Shown: positions 48,801-62,030 of the stretch, in pieces
How the letters are laid out: every line of letters starts with the position of its first letter
How positions within the stretch are numbered: the first letter of the stretch is position 1
Origin: Pelomyxa schiedti
Lineage: Eukaryota; Protista; Evosea
DNA: 64,000 bases
Assembly (NCBI GenBank): GCA_020536535.1
Contig: JAHLWZ010000511.1
Span: 4,735 to 68,734 of the forward strand
Direction of reading: 5' to 3'
Notes under the pieces: generated by a model
What the model saw: the letters and a program-made list of their open reading frames with translations, nothing else
The model's database searches: none
What the model was told of the DNA's origin: nothing
Position numbers and translations under genes: made by a program

Positions 48801-50595
48801 ACCAAGGACTAAATCCTCCAAAACATCTTCCTCATGGCCACAAGTATTTGGGAGTCTTTCTCATGGCATACCCGCAATTTATGATGCCTGTGCCCTCTTC
48901 GATATGGCAAACAATGTGCCAACCTCCTCTCATGACTATAAGGCCCAGTTCAGGTTTAAGAACACCCACAAGCCAACTAGAAGTGTTCCTCACTCAATAC
49001 ACAATTCCTATTTTTTTTGTAAAGTGAAACTCCATGAACGCAATGGGGCCACTTCCCATAGAAAAACCGAATTAAATTACTAAAGTAATTTTAAATTGAA
49101 GTTAAAATACATAGCCTTGTATTTTTGACGTGGTCCCAGATCTCTGAATTTGGGTGTGCAGGATCCTTGTGCTGAATATCATGCTGCCCGCGCTAATCTC
49201 ATTGCAGAGAGCATGCTGCCAGTGCTGGAAATGCTCAGCTTAGTGCCAAAAGTATCCACTTGGCTTCTTCTCTGGCTCTTGGTTTCCAGGTTCTGTCTCC
49301 AAATGCTGTGCAGCTTTACTTTGGATGTGCCAGTCAGAATCTATGCTGCCTTCTGGTCTGAAAGCTGCGCCAGTGTGTGACATCCATCTGAAGTGTTGTT
49401 TGTTAGTTCTTCCATTGACCAGGAACACCTCACCACAGCATGTAGCATTCCACAATTGGTGAGCAGGGCATTGTGTAATGGAAAGTTTTCTCATAAAAAC
49501 GGCACACTGCCAGACCCAGAAGTTCTCTCAGAGCTTTCTCTGTTTTGAGGTTGTCCTTCTGCTGTTTATGATTACACAACCAAAGAGAGTCTCAGGCTGC
49601 ATTACGTGTGTTCCGAGATTTGAGGAAGAGGAGCAAGATGTTTACACAGCTGTCTCATTTCTAAAGATAGTTTATAAGGTAAAATATTGAGGTGGGTGAA
49701 AAGCTGTACTTGGTGGTACTTGCATATATGTGCACCCTCACCTGACACAGTGCACCAGTAACACACCAGAGTCTGAAGAAGAGTCAGCCAAAGTCCCACC
49801 ACACAACCTGGCCTTCTTTTTTTTTTTTTTTTTTTTGTTGTTGTTGTTGTTGTTGTTGTTAGGAGAGTGAGTGGAGATCATCATCATCATCATACTTTGC
49901 GTTGCTGGTGTCCAAAGCCATGGCAAAAGTGGGCGATGCACATATATATATGTGTAATATGTGCACCCTCACCTGACACAGTGCGCCAGTAACCGCACCA
50001 GAGTCTGAAGAAGAGTCAGCCAAAGTGGAAAAAAAGAAAAGAAAAAAATAAGCCATGGGTTGGTTGCAGTGGTTTCTTCTTCTTCTTCTTCTTCTTCATC
50101 ATCTTTCAATATCCTTCTGATCATCCAAAAAAAAAGTGGGCCCAATCTTTTTTCATTCGTTCATTCGTTCATTCAGTCCATACATCCAGATGCACATATA
50201 TATCTCTATGTGCAATAATATGTGCACCCTCACCTGACACAGAGAGTCTGAAGAAGAGTCAGCCAAAGTGGAAAAAAAGAAAAGAAAAAATAAGCCATGG
50301 GTTGGTTGCAGTGGTTTCTTCTTCTTCTTCTTCTTCTTCATCATCTTTCTCATCCAAAAAAAAAGTGGGCCCAATCTTTTTCCATTCGTTCATTTGTTCA
50401 TTCAGTCCATACATCCAGATGCAAACCAAGCAAAGATGCAATGCAATGCAACGCAACGCAATTGGGCGCCGTGATCATCAGTCATCATCAATGAATGCTG
50501 TCTTCTCTTCCAAAATCCAAAATCCAAAAAAAAAAAAAAATCAAAAGGAAAGCTTGCTTTTCAGCCATGGGAGATATCTATCTGTTTCAGTTATC

Positions 50596-50743
50596 TTCTG
50601 TTCTGTTCTGTTCTGTTCTGTTCTGTTCTGTTCTGTTCCGTTCCGTTCCGTTCCGTTCCGTTCCGTTCCGTTCCGTTCCGTTCCGTTCCGTTCCGTTCCG
50701 TTCCGTTCCGTTCCGTTCTGTTCCGTTCTGTTCCGTTCTGTTC
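50596..50743. repeat. Compound pentanucleotide microsatellite (TTCTG)n(TTCCG)n
   Basis: Visible directly; only 2-3 units at the equivalent site ~43279 in copy A. Confidence 0.95.
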
Positions 50744-51867
50744 CACAGTCTTCTTCTTCTTCCTCCTCCTCTTCATCATCGTCGTCGTCATCAGGATCAT
50801 CAACAGCTCAATCAACAAGTCTCTCCTCTTTCAATGATGCATGGTTCCCCACAGTCTTCTTCTTTCTTCTTCTTCTTCTTCTTCTTTTTCGTCATTGCCA
50901 TCGCCGTCAGGCTCGTCACGTCATCAAATCATCGCGCGAGTCAAGTCAGTCAGAGGGGAAGAAAAAAAAAAAAAAAAGAAAAAACGTCAAGCCAAAAGGA
51001 AAGATGTCAGTCGATTCAGAGATTCGATGCTTCTTCTGCGTCTTCTTCTTCTTCTCTTCTTCTTCTGTTTCTTCTTCTTCCATCTCTGTTCTCTATCTCA
51101 AAGTCTTTGTCTTCTCAGCTCAGCTCAGCTGGCACACTGTCCCCTGTCTGTGAATTTCTGGGCTGGGCAGGGCTCCAAAAAACCCAAAGCAAAAACCAAA
51201 CGCCAGAGAGAGAGAGAGAGGAGCCCAGCAAGCACCAAAGAGAGAAAAACGCCAAAAATGGGTGGGGTCCGACCCCCCTATGGTGCACTGTGGGCCGTGG
51301 GCCGTTCACATTGATGACGATGATAGTTTAACTGCGGAGCTCTCAGTAAGATCTCAAAACGACGTGGGTTCTCGTGGCACAAGAAGGACAGTGCGCGTTT
51401 GCGTGTCTCTGGCGGTTCCTACCTGTTTTCCTGTTTGATTGTTCTCGCCCTTCACCGAACCAATTCCTCTTTGGTTTTGTTACGCTTCGTGGTACGAGTC
51501 ACTCCCGTAGCTTTCACAGCGAACAGTTGCTCAAAACAGCAACTTTGTGGTGGATTGAGTGAAGGGCTGGGTTCGATGCAAGGGCATCGGCAAACAGCCT
51601 CTTTACTGGATACCTTGCTTTTCGATGGTCGTGTGTCTGTTTCCACTTCTGCCTCTGGCATCCATCTCGTTGTTGCCACGGGGGATCCCACGTACTCGTT
51701 TGGTGACACGGACCGCTGTTTCTCTCAGGTACAACAAAAAGTGGATGACAACAATTCCCAGATGAAACAAATGCAAGAGCACGCGAGGGAGCTGGAAATT
51801 CCTTCCAATAGAACGTTCCACAAGCAGGCTATGACAATGCCAATGGAGTTCGACTGCTAAACAACTT

Positions 51868-51956
51868 GGCTGAATAAAAAAAACACCAGACCGCCAATCC
51901 TGAGCGACGTAAAGGAAAATGACAGCGTTCCGGTCCGTTGATTATTTTATTCAGCC
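51868..51956. mobile_element. 89-bp MITE with 12-bp TIRs (GGCTGAATAAAA) and ACTT target duplication
   Basis: TIRs at 51868-51879 and 51945-51956; ACTT at 51864-51867 and 51957-51960; empty site acaACTTgctg at 44335-44345. Confidence 0.88.
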
Positions 51957-53616
51957 ACTTGCTGAAACCTCACGGAAGCTTCAGTGAGAACGAATATCCC
52001 TTTTGAGGGGTGTGGACTTGACTAAGCTACTTGGCACCCCAGCTGCCCAGGTGTTCAATCTCACTGAGTTTTCATCCAGTCCGCATTTACTCAGGTTTAC
52101 TCTGCCTCTGTTTATTGGGATAAATGCACAAAGTACTTGTGTTTCCTCCGCCTCAAGATGTTCTGTGTGCTGTAGGGTACCACTCTCCGTGCGATATTAT
52201 TCTCCTATCGATCCAGAGTCGATGTTTTCTCTCCCATAGGTGGGCACAGGAAGTTGATGTTGTGTCAAAAAGCGACACCGTCAAGGGACCCAAGCTCCAA
52301 CGACATCGGAAGCGTTCTCTCTCCGCTGTTATCCTTACTTAAAGAAACCATTGATGAAGACTGAATTCAAAACTTGGCTCTGGTTCCTGGTATTTGCATC
52401 TTGCACTGTCCCCCACCCTCCTTTTTTTTCAGTTTTAGAACTTTTTTCTAAAACCAGGAAACCCAAGCGTTAAAGTGCACATGGGACGAACATCCCAAAG
52501 CACATGCATGCACTTGAAGTATAATTTGGACACAGAGGCTAAACGGCTTCAGAACGACAATCTTCTCTTTTTTTGTTATGTGACATTTTGTAACAACAAA
52601 CACAAGAAGCCATATTCATGATTTGGCTCAGCTGGATCCTGTTTTTCTTTGTTTCATAAATTTGGTGTATCAAGGAGGAGTACCTTTTGGATCTGGGAGT
52701 GGGAGAAACTGCAAACGAGAATTGTTAGGAGATAAGTAAGAACTGTATCTACATGTACCTTTTTTGGGTGACAAGTTTCTTCAGCAGCCGTGTTGTAAAG
52801 GAAGCCTGAGCAATATTGGCAACAGAATATACCAATGTGGCCACCGCCTTCAGTTCGTTCTTTGTTGGTGGCACTTTGTTTTTGAATTTTGTATTTTGTG
52901 TGAAAAAAGCACCTATTATTATTTCCATTCCCCACTTTAGGCAAAATTGGACTGCACCCCTTCGCCAGTGTCCACTGTTGAGTCCGGAGTTATGAGCTGC
53001 TCACGCTCACTACAGTTTGTATTAAGCCATTAGCATCTGCTCTAAGGTGTGGATGCAATTGGCTTTGTAATTTGCAACAGAGCAATCCTACTTGACTCCA
53101 CATTCATTCAATAGGGCAGCGCTTGCTCTGACACAAGAGAATGTGTGCAAGAGATGCTAGTTTTGGAAAATCTTGGCTATGGGCACGAAATGTTGCATTT
53201 TCCACAATGGAAAATGGTTGCAGACCACCAACAGCAGATGAGTTGTGCAAGGCTTTGTTTGATTCAACTTAGCTTTGGCAGTGTGATGCTGATTGTTGTC
53301 TCACAAGGCTCTTTTTCAGGTGTAAAACACAGTGCTAATTCTGAGTGAACATCACAGAGATGATGCAGCATTGACGAAGCGGATTTCTTGTAGTCGAGAG
53401 GAGCAGATTCCTTCCTCCCGCCTCTCCAGCTGTGCCTTCTTTCGGGGATCGGTTTCCTCTTTCGACAAAGAGCCAATATCCTTATCCTGGTTCCTCCATC
53501 CCGACTCCCCATTCTATCGGGGAGTACTATCCTTGTCCTCCTTCTTCGTTGACGAGCGATGTCTGAATCCCCCTCCTCCTTCTATCGAGGATTGGTTTCT
53601 TCAATCTTACGATTAG

Positions 53617-53892
53617 GGGAAAATCGATTTTTCTCCTGAACAGCAGGGTTCTGGGCCCTCCAGTGGGGCCCCTTGGGCAATGCTCAACAACACCGAACAA
53701 CACAACCGCACACCCACGGGCAAGCAGGGCTTGCTGGGGAGATATCTCTTTGTGTTGGATAGCACAATTTTACCGGAAGGGGAAAATCGATTTTTCTGGT
53801 GAACAGCAGGGTTCTGGGCCCCCAGCAGTGCCCCTTGGGCAATGTTTGACAACACCCAACAACACAACGACACACACCCACGGGCAAGCAGG
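53617..53892 (+). repeat. Diverged tandem repeat, period ~163 bp
   Basis: gggaaaatcgatttttct...cagcagggttctgggccc...cacccacgggcaagcagg at ~53617 and ~53780. Confidence 0.75.
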
Positions 53893-53898
53893 CACTGT

Positions 53899-54088
53899 TG
53901 GGGACTCACACTTTTTGGCATCAATGGCAGAAAAGGTCCTGGTTCTCTGTACCCTGTGAAGGGAAAATTCTGAAATGTCTGGACCACATCTGGACCAGAC
54001 ACGTTCTACCGTTTCGTGGTCTTTCCAGCCTCTGAGGAGCATCACATGGCAAGATCCAAAGACCCAAAAAATGAAAAGTGTGAGTCCA
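53899..54088. mobile_element. Second copy of the 192-bp MITE family
   Basis: Matches 42498-42689, including gggactcacacttt...aaaagtgtgagtcc ends. Confidence 0.8.
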
Positions 54089-54905
54089 AATATTTATTTT
54101 AGGTGGTATGGTGAAAGTGTGCTGCAGATGTGGGGCTCGCCAACAAATCTGTTTTGTAGTGTAGTTCGAAAGGAACCGATCCTCTCGAGGAAGGATTCTG
54201 CAGTGCGTTGCTTATAAGCCCAGGTTCTTCTCGTGAATTCCAAGTATTCAGTGGACCCACAGCACAGCATCACGTGTCATTGAATTCCCAGAAGTTGTGG
54301 GTCGCTCACCGTGATTCCCTTTTTCAGGGAAATTCCCCTGTGCGTCCAGAGAGGGGTATGTACATGTACGTTCCCGGTGCAATGATGGTCGTGAGTGTCA
54401 AGAGGCGAGACGGCAGGGGATGGATGTGAGGCCAAAATAATGGTGTTGCGTTGCGTTGCGTATTCTTCTTCATAACCACCATAGATATCTTACAGCAGCC
54501 GGGTTAGACAACTGATTGTGCGTCACTCCTGATACTCCACATTGTTATTATAATAATTAATATTAAAATTAATATTAATATAATATCACACCCACACAAC
54601 ACACGAGGGTCTTATTAACCAGGAACCCAACCCAGTCAAAAGTCTTCTCTCTTCCTACCTGGAGAATTCGGCTGCTCCCCACAAGGTGGAACATGAGAAC
54701 AACAACACGATTCAGCCCACGACATCCCTCCCAATCTCAAACAAGATGGCCACATGTGACTGGCAGTGCCAGCACACGATCACCCACCAAAAATCAACCA
54801 ATCACGGCCATCAAGCCACACCCGTCAAAAATTGAGTTTTAGGTAAGGTGTATTAGCAGTTTGGGTTCTGTTGATTTTCAATCTCGCCTCAGGTCGTGTG
54901 GAGTT

Positions 54906-55868
54906 TCAGAACACGAAGTCACTCAAAACAGTAGACAAGTGTGGTACCTGGTGCATCCCCTGCATAGATGCCTGCATGTCGTTGCATACGCCAGGCCACA
55001 CTGTGCCCAGAAGTGAAGCACCAGGCTTGATGTATTTCAGGAGGTGTGCTGTTAACACAGAATTGGGGCGGATACTGTCACCTCCAAACGAACTGCGTCC
55101 AGGCTGGCAACCGTAAAGAATTGCCCACTCCGGTCGAAACTCCTGAGACCTGAGGTCTGCAACAAACTTGGCAACAGAAGCATCGTCTGCAGCGTGCGCA
55201 ATGTTCTCGGCTGGCGGTGTGGCTGTGGCTTGTTCCCCCACTGTTGTGGTCGTGATAATCGGTGCGCATATTCCCTTGGGAACGGCCTCCGAGCGAGTGG
55301 GAGAGAAACGGCACGCGTCAATCAGTGCCAGCACTCTCCCAGCAGCTTTTGGCTTTCCCACTTCACCAAGGAACTTGATAATAACATCTCCGACGCGCAC
55401 CTCATCTCGGTTGCGCATTTGAAGGTAGGTGTGTCCCCCTTCCTGACGACCGTGGCCAGAAAAATATAACACCTAAGAAAAGGTGAAACAATGATGGTTT
55501 GACGAGAGGGAACGTACAACGCTGGCATCCTTCCCAGTACTTGCAATAGCCGTATCGATGAGGTTATAGAAGGCGTTCGAGCTTACGATGTCATCTTCAC
55601 CGATAATGGTGAAACCGCAAAGTTGAAGTGCTTCTTTCATCGCAGCAGAGTCCTCCATTGAATAAAGCTTATTTGTTGGGTCCTCGTTACCAATAACAAC
55701 AGCAATTTTCGGAAAAGGCCCCACAGAGGGTGGAGTAGAAGAAGAAGAAGAAGAAGAAGGCTATGGGTTGTGAGCCAGGCTTCCAATAGAAAACAAGAGG
55801 AAGAATGAGAAAAAGACCTGTCCGTTAACCACTGCCCTCACTTCCACTGCGGAATTGGTGGTGTCCAT
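54906..55868 (-). CDS. Peptidase C14 caspase homolog of paracaspase/bacterial type (FSGHG, DACR), 3 exons
   Basis: Exons 55868-55818, 55760-55518 and 55472-54906 join in frame; KIAVVIGN..EDSAAMKEALQLCGF, VLYFSGHG, ALIDACR, YGCQPG, NSVLTAHLL, QVP. Confidence 0.88.
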
Positions 55869-57157
55869 TTTTCTACTACTTTTTGAAAATGTAAAAAAAG
55901 TTCGTTTATATAAAAAATACAAATTTACCAAAACGAAGAAACTCTTGGAAGGAGGACATACATTTCTTTCACATACATTTCTTTTTTTCGTGTAAATAAC
56001 TTTTTTAAATTTTATTTATTTCCTTATATTTATTGAGAAGGAAAAAAAAAAACACCAAAAAAGAGGAAAAACGTGTTTATAAAAAACACGTTTAGGAACA
56101 CTGTCAATGTTTTTTAACAAAAATTGGAAGAGTACCAGGCAGTTGGCAATCATAAATGACAGGAGTATGTCCATTTTTCTGTTTCACAAATGGTTCATTT
56201 TTTTTTTTTTTAACAGGTTGTATGCGATGGGTGTGGCACATGGTACACGCTGGCACAATGCCAAAAAATTTATGGAGCATCGCTAAGCTCGTTGGAAAGC
56301 CGCCCACGTTCACGCTGTACTTCACCAGATGCACTTTCCTACGCGCGCTACTTCAACGATAACTCTCTGCCTTGCAAGTGTGGAGCGGAAAGGAGCTGGA
56401 GAGTGTTCCCCAAGGAAACTGAAGGAAACTGAATTGCCATCATAACTTTTGGCCATCAAACTATTTGCATCTGAACATGATCCGCCTTTTTTGTTTGTCC
56501 TCCACAACAATCACACGACGGCCCGGTACTTGTGCTTGGTTGTTGTCTCGTGGATGAGGTAGTAGCTGGTTTTTGTGGCATGGTTGTTGTTGTTCCACAC
56601 GTCGTTGCTGTTGTTGGACTGTGATGAAAGGCCTGGTTTGTTCAGAACGTTGTACTTGTGCGTGGCGCCGCCCCAAGTTGTGTCTGCACAGGACACAATT
56701 GATGCGTATTCGTGAGAAGGCGGTAATGGGTTTTCGATTAAGAAGGCCGCTGTGGCGTTGTAGCGCTCGTTGGCTCTGGTGTCATCATAATCTCCCACGC
56801 CACAAGGCTGGGGCCTCCAGTGTAGAGTCGAGGTTAAAGACAGAGTGGTTGGTTGGTATAAAAGGGGTTGGGTCTGGTCTCGTCTCATCAGCAGATGGTT
56901 GATTTCTTTGTACCTCCTTCCTTAGCCCGATTTAGTTCCTTCCGCTACAGCCGCCATATTAATCGTTTATTTCTCCACAAATCTACATCCCACTGGCATG
57001 CAGTTAAAGGCAAGGGATGCTAGTAGCATTTTTCTGCGGTAGTGGTAAAGTCCAGAGCCTGGGTACCCACGGCTCCAAGCCGATCCCTTTCTGAAGACTG
57101 TTGTTCCACCACAGGGAAAGGTCTAGAAATGTTGGACTTTTATAGACCTCTTTTTGA

Positions 57158-58991
57158 TCAATAGAGAGTGAGAAAGAGGACGACAATGAAGCTCGCGAGG
57201 AGAGCCAGGCTCTCTGAGGGTATTGGAGCCAGATCCAGGCTCTCTTCTGGCAAGCTCTCTGATGGCAGGCTCTCTGATGGCATTGGAGCCAGATCCGCGG
57301 ATATGGTGCACTTATTGTTAACGATGGTCACATTGATGAGACCTCCATCAATGTCCGAGTGCGTAGCAATGGAGCAATTTGTTGATGGGGCCATGTCGAC
57401 TATGGGACAGTCCTGAAGCAGTGCAAATTTTGCCCACACCCCAACAGTAGTCAGAGCTACATCGCATGAATACTGGTTCCCAACCCTGGCAAGAAATTAA
57501 GGACATGCAGCATAAAAAAAAAAGTGGAAGTACTGACTTTTTGGCAGCAACAATGTTATGGCTATCAATTGATAGATTGGAAGAATTATAGAAATCAAAG
57601 AGGCATGTGGGCATCCAAGGGAAATTACAAGGAGCTGTTGCATTTAGCCTGGCAGCTTGATCACTCAGGCTTTGTATTTTCGGGTCGACGTTTGGGTAAA
57701 CGGTGAGCCTACAGCACTCTGTGCCACAGTTGCTTATCGAGGCAGCATAGAAACCCCTCTTTCCCATTGGCCGTGGGTAGTACACGTCAAATAAAAATTC
57801 CTGAGAATCTGTGGCAGTTACCTGGTTGAAAGTTGAGAAGAGAATAAAAAGGAGAAAAAGGAAAAAGGATGGAGATTGGTGCAGGCCGTACATTTAGAGT
57901 AACAGAAGCGTGGCACCCAGAAGTACAAGAGTTTGGCTTAATTATGCCACTTACAGGACATGTGGCCGTGTGTAACCACTGGTGTGCAATTGCGACTGTG
58001 GTTCCACCTGCCATCAATGGAGCGATTTTGCATTGGACACCCTGCAGGGCCACAGCGGTGACCGACGTTGCCACCAGCCCAAACTGGATTGGAATGCTGT
58101 TAAGCGGGAATACAACTGGCTGCACTGCCTGAAGGTGGGTTCCCCTTAAGCATCCGTCGTTATCGAGACCAGTGTGGGCTATGACACTCTCCAATGCGGC
58201 ACATATATCATTGGTTATCGTGAGAGGCTCCCCGTTTCGGTCATATGCTGGACTTAAACCACTGCTGAGGTCTTTGCATGATGCTCTCAGTGCATTTGCA
58301 TATCTTAGATATTTCCCCATGTATTAAAAAAAAAAAAAAAACCCGTTAAAAGGGGAAGCAGTAAGTGCGTACATTGAGAAAGTGGTGTCACCACCGTCAG
58401 TTTTATCTTTTGCATGGAAAAAGATATTAAAAGCGGCATCCAAGTGAGATTCAAGAGGGAGACCACGTTCTCCATCAGCGAGCATTGCGTAAGTGTGACT
58501 CACAACAGCAGATGCTATGGTTTGCAAATGCCCGAAAAATGTGTGATAAAAAAAAAAAAACCCCAGAAACATGCATGCGCACATGTATAGCGAGCTCCAA
58601 TGCCGTCTAGGGGAGGATAGGGAGGATCCATCTGGCACATCCCACAATCACAGAACATTGTTTCTGAGATTTGGTCATTTGGCTTGGTAACAAAGAACGG
58701 TAAAGCTGCTGGTTGTTGAACAAAGTACGTGCAGGAAGGCAACCAAGCGTCACGGAACAAATTAGGGCTTTGGTCACTTGGAGTAGGGTAACTGTCAGAC
58801 CAGTTGGCAATGAAGCTTCTCCCATATAGCCACCGCCCTGTGGGCATTGTCGTTTGGTTTAAACACGCAGTTCGTTTCTCAGCAGACACTTTGGCATCGG
58901 TTACGATATCAGCAGTAAGTGCAAATATATCTGACCATGCTTCATCAAGTGATCCTGGTTCGTAATCCATTGCCTTTCTTTGCTGTTGGTT

Positions 58992-59031
<40 letters not shown>

Positions 59032-59587
59032 NNNNNNNNNNNNNNNNNNNNNNNNNNNNNNNNNNNNNNNNNNNNNNNNNNNNNNNNNNNNNNNNNNNNN
59101 NNNNNNNNNNNNNNNNNNNNNNNNNNNNNNNGCTGGTTTTCAAATGCAAGAACGCGAAAAAGAAAAACAGAGAAGACACACAGTTCCAGCTTGGTCCACA
59201 GAAAAAAAAAAAGGAAACAAAGCATGCCTGAGTTAACAGGCACCGTATATAAGCACCACCACTGCCATTATACGAATCCATGCCACTGGTGAAGTTATAC
59301 AAAACGTAGTACCTGGCCGAATATAAGCCAGCCCTGGACAAGAAAAAAAAAAGAGGCCAAGGCAAGACATCACAGTAGACAAAACGTAAATCATACGCCG
59401 TTGCGGCGGCGAGCAAGAAGGTGTTGAGGTCTTGATCAGTGCAGTCGCCAGGCACACACGTCTCGTTCACCTCCTCCTCCCACAGTGCGGAGCCGTAGTC
59501 GTTGAACGCTTGTCTGTACAACCGACCCATTACAGAAGCACCGAATCCCGCAACCATAACCACATAGACTCCTACGGCGCGGCGCAT
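57158..59587 (-). CDS. Putative secreted/anchored Cys-containing surface glycoprotein, multi-exon, spanning a gap; may be two genes or disrupted
   Basis: Hydrophobic N-terminus MRRAVGVYVVMVAGFG; N-x-S/T sites; C-terminal PSES repeats plus hydrophobic tail LALLASFIVVLFLTLY*. Confidence 0.45.
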
Positions 59588-62030
59588 GACTCAACAATTC
59601 GATTTTGTGGAAAACGAGGAAGGGCCAAATTTTGAAAAACCGTGTACAAAAAACTGGAGCGGGCAGGAGTTTTTACACTTGGGAGGGGTCGTTTGTTTGC
59701 GGTTGGCGTTCGGGGAGGAAAAAGGAAAAAAAAACCAAAAAATCTATGGTTTGGGTCCACTATGCCGGTGTTACAAGTGCTATGCACTCCCACTTATTGC
59801 CAGTTTCCCTCTTGCACAATTTACAACATCCCTTCTTAACACCTTTTCACTCTTCATCTCATACTTCACAGTTTCGGCCTCTCAATCCCAGCAGCGTACC
59901 ACCGTTTTCTTTGGTTTTGTTTTTTATTCTTGTTCCCACATCAACACAGGTCCTTGAAGCTAATGATGCGGGGGCACCGGCGCTCAGGTAGGTTTCCATT
60001 TATCTTCTCTGTTTTTCTTTTTCGACTTCTCACATTTGATAACCAGGTGGTGTTTTAGATGTTAGTTGAGAGGCAGACAGGAGCAGGGAGACCTGAAGGC
60101 AGAAGTGGGCACGCACCCAGAAGAATGTGTGTGCAGCTCAGCTCCATTCCAGCGGTATTCCTCTTCTTCTTTGAGTTACCCAATACTCACCTCCAATCTC
60201 TAGATCCTTTCCCACACTCAACCTGTATGCAGTGGGAGTGCTGGCATCGGAGCCCTTTGACTTCCAGCAGCTTGGCCGCTGGTATGTTTCTTCTTTTCCT
60301 CGTTTCACCTTGTCCTACTTGTACCATGGTAAATCNNNNNNNNNNNNNNNNNNNNNNNNNNNNNNNNNNNNNNNNNNNNNNNNNNNNNNNNNNNNNNNNN
60401 NNNNNNNNNNNNNNNNNNNNNNNNNNNNNNNNNNNTGGGAGTGCTGGCATCGGAGCCCTTTGACTTCCAGCAGCTTGGCCGCTGGTATGTTTCTTCTTTT
60501 CCTCGTTTCACCTTGTCCTACTTGTACCATGGTAAATCCCCCTCTCCCTTTTCATCGTCACCCCACTCAAACATAATAGGTACCCCGGCCTGATGCCGCC
60601 CAGGAGAATGGTGTGGTGCAGCTGCACTGCTCCGCGCTCCTCAGGTTTTCACTTTCAGTGTCCCCCCAGTCTGGCCTCACCTCCACTCCCAGGTTTTTTT
60701 TTTCCCGCATTCAAACGTCATCGATGCATTTCCAGCACCTTCCTATGCCAGAGCCCACTTCTCCCCTGATGTGCCCTGGCCTGAAGTCAATTTTCGACTT
60801 CAGGCAAAAAAAAAAAGCGTCATAAGGTGCTAATCTCCACCTTCTCTAAATTGGTATCGTTTTTTTCCCACTTTAGAGCAGGATTGGAGTGTGAGATTTG
60901 GGAGGTGTGATGTGGGGAAGTAGAGTGAGAATGTGGGTGGGGGAGTGAGTGGAAGTCTGGCCTGGTGTGATGCTCATTCCAGCAGTGGAGGTAACTGTCA
61001 TTGCTGAGTTGGGCGATTATAAAAAGGGAGACAGTACTGTGGCGGAAGAAACTAAATTGGGCTAAGGAAGTACAACGACATCAACCATCTGCGATGTGAT
61101 GAGACCAGACCCAACCCCTTTAATACCAACCAACCAACGCTGCTTCATTTTATGAATCTTTAATACAAACAAAGATTAAGAATAGGCCTCAGCCTTGTGG
61201 CGTGGAGATTATGGCAATATCAGAGCCGACTAACGACTCAACGCCACAAGTACCTTGGTGACATCCTATTCTCAGCCGGAAATCCCACAACCAAATAAAG
61301 TATGTGAGACTGAAGAAAGAAAAAAGAAGCCACACATACCAGTGTGACAAGGTGCGGAAATGCAGAAAGGATGTGGAGTATGAGTTCAACATCACACCCC
61401 ACAGCATTGCAGAGTGGAGCCCACATGTTTCCAGGACCTGGCATGCCCTGTCTGGATCTAATAGCCCCGAGTGTGTGCTGACACAAAGGGACAGGAGCGT
61501 TGACCTCAGCTGTCATCTCTGCAGTCGGTAGGTCCATCACCTAGTACCCAAGGTGAAACTGGGAAAAAGAAGAAAAAAAAAGAACATACCAGTGGCCAAG
61601 CTGCTGGAAATGAATGTGGTCCTCTGGATTAGGTCATCTAAAGGAAAGATGAGTGGCATGGAGTAGAGAGTGATTGGATAACTGTGGGCTCGATTGTCAG
61701 CTCCGCTCCCTGTTCCTGTCTGTGTCTGCAATGTACCCAACACCAGCTGGTTTTCAAATGCAAGAACGCGAAAAAGAAAAACAGAGAAGACACACAGTTC
61801 CAGCTTGGTCCACAGAAAAAAAAAAAGGAAACAAAGCATGCCTGAGTTAACAGGCACCGTATATAAACACCACCACGTTGTACTTCCACAACACCCACAC
61901 ACATTGACACGATGCGTCACCAGCATGGTGCCACCAACACACCTGTTATTTTTGTTTGTGTTTCTGTTTTCTTTCCCCAAGTTCCAACCGCAAAATCACG
62001 AACCCTGCCAAGCGTAAAGAGCCCCCCAAA

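Larger units (their letters stand above)
45637..52922 (+). repeat. Segmental duplication copy B; begins with the 3' end of the 38101-family gene (45637-45938)
   Basis: Collinear with 38975-45335 except for the inversion at 48214-49262, internal duplications and indels. Confidence 0.85.

Noticed and set aside
50302-51331. Long ORFs with (FRSVP)n / (NGTER)n repeats, and similar ORFs at 43123-43833
   Set aside because: Open frames produced by stop-free microsatellites; the frames are not conserved between duplicate copies
60233-60538. 103-bp direct repeat on both sides of the N gap
   Set aside because: Identical sequence flanking a gap is typical of unmerged overlapping contig ends
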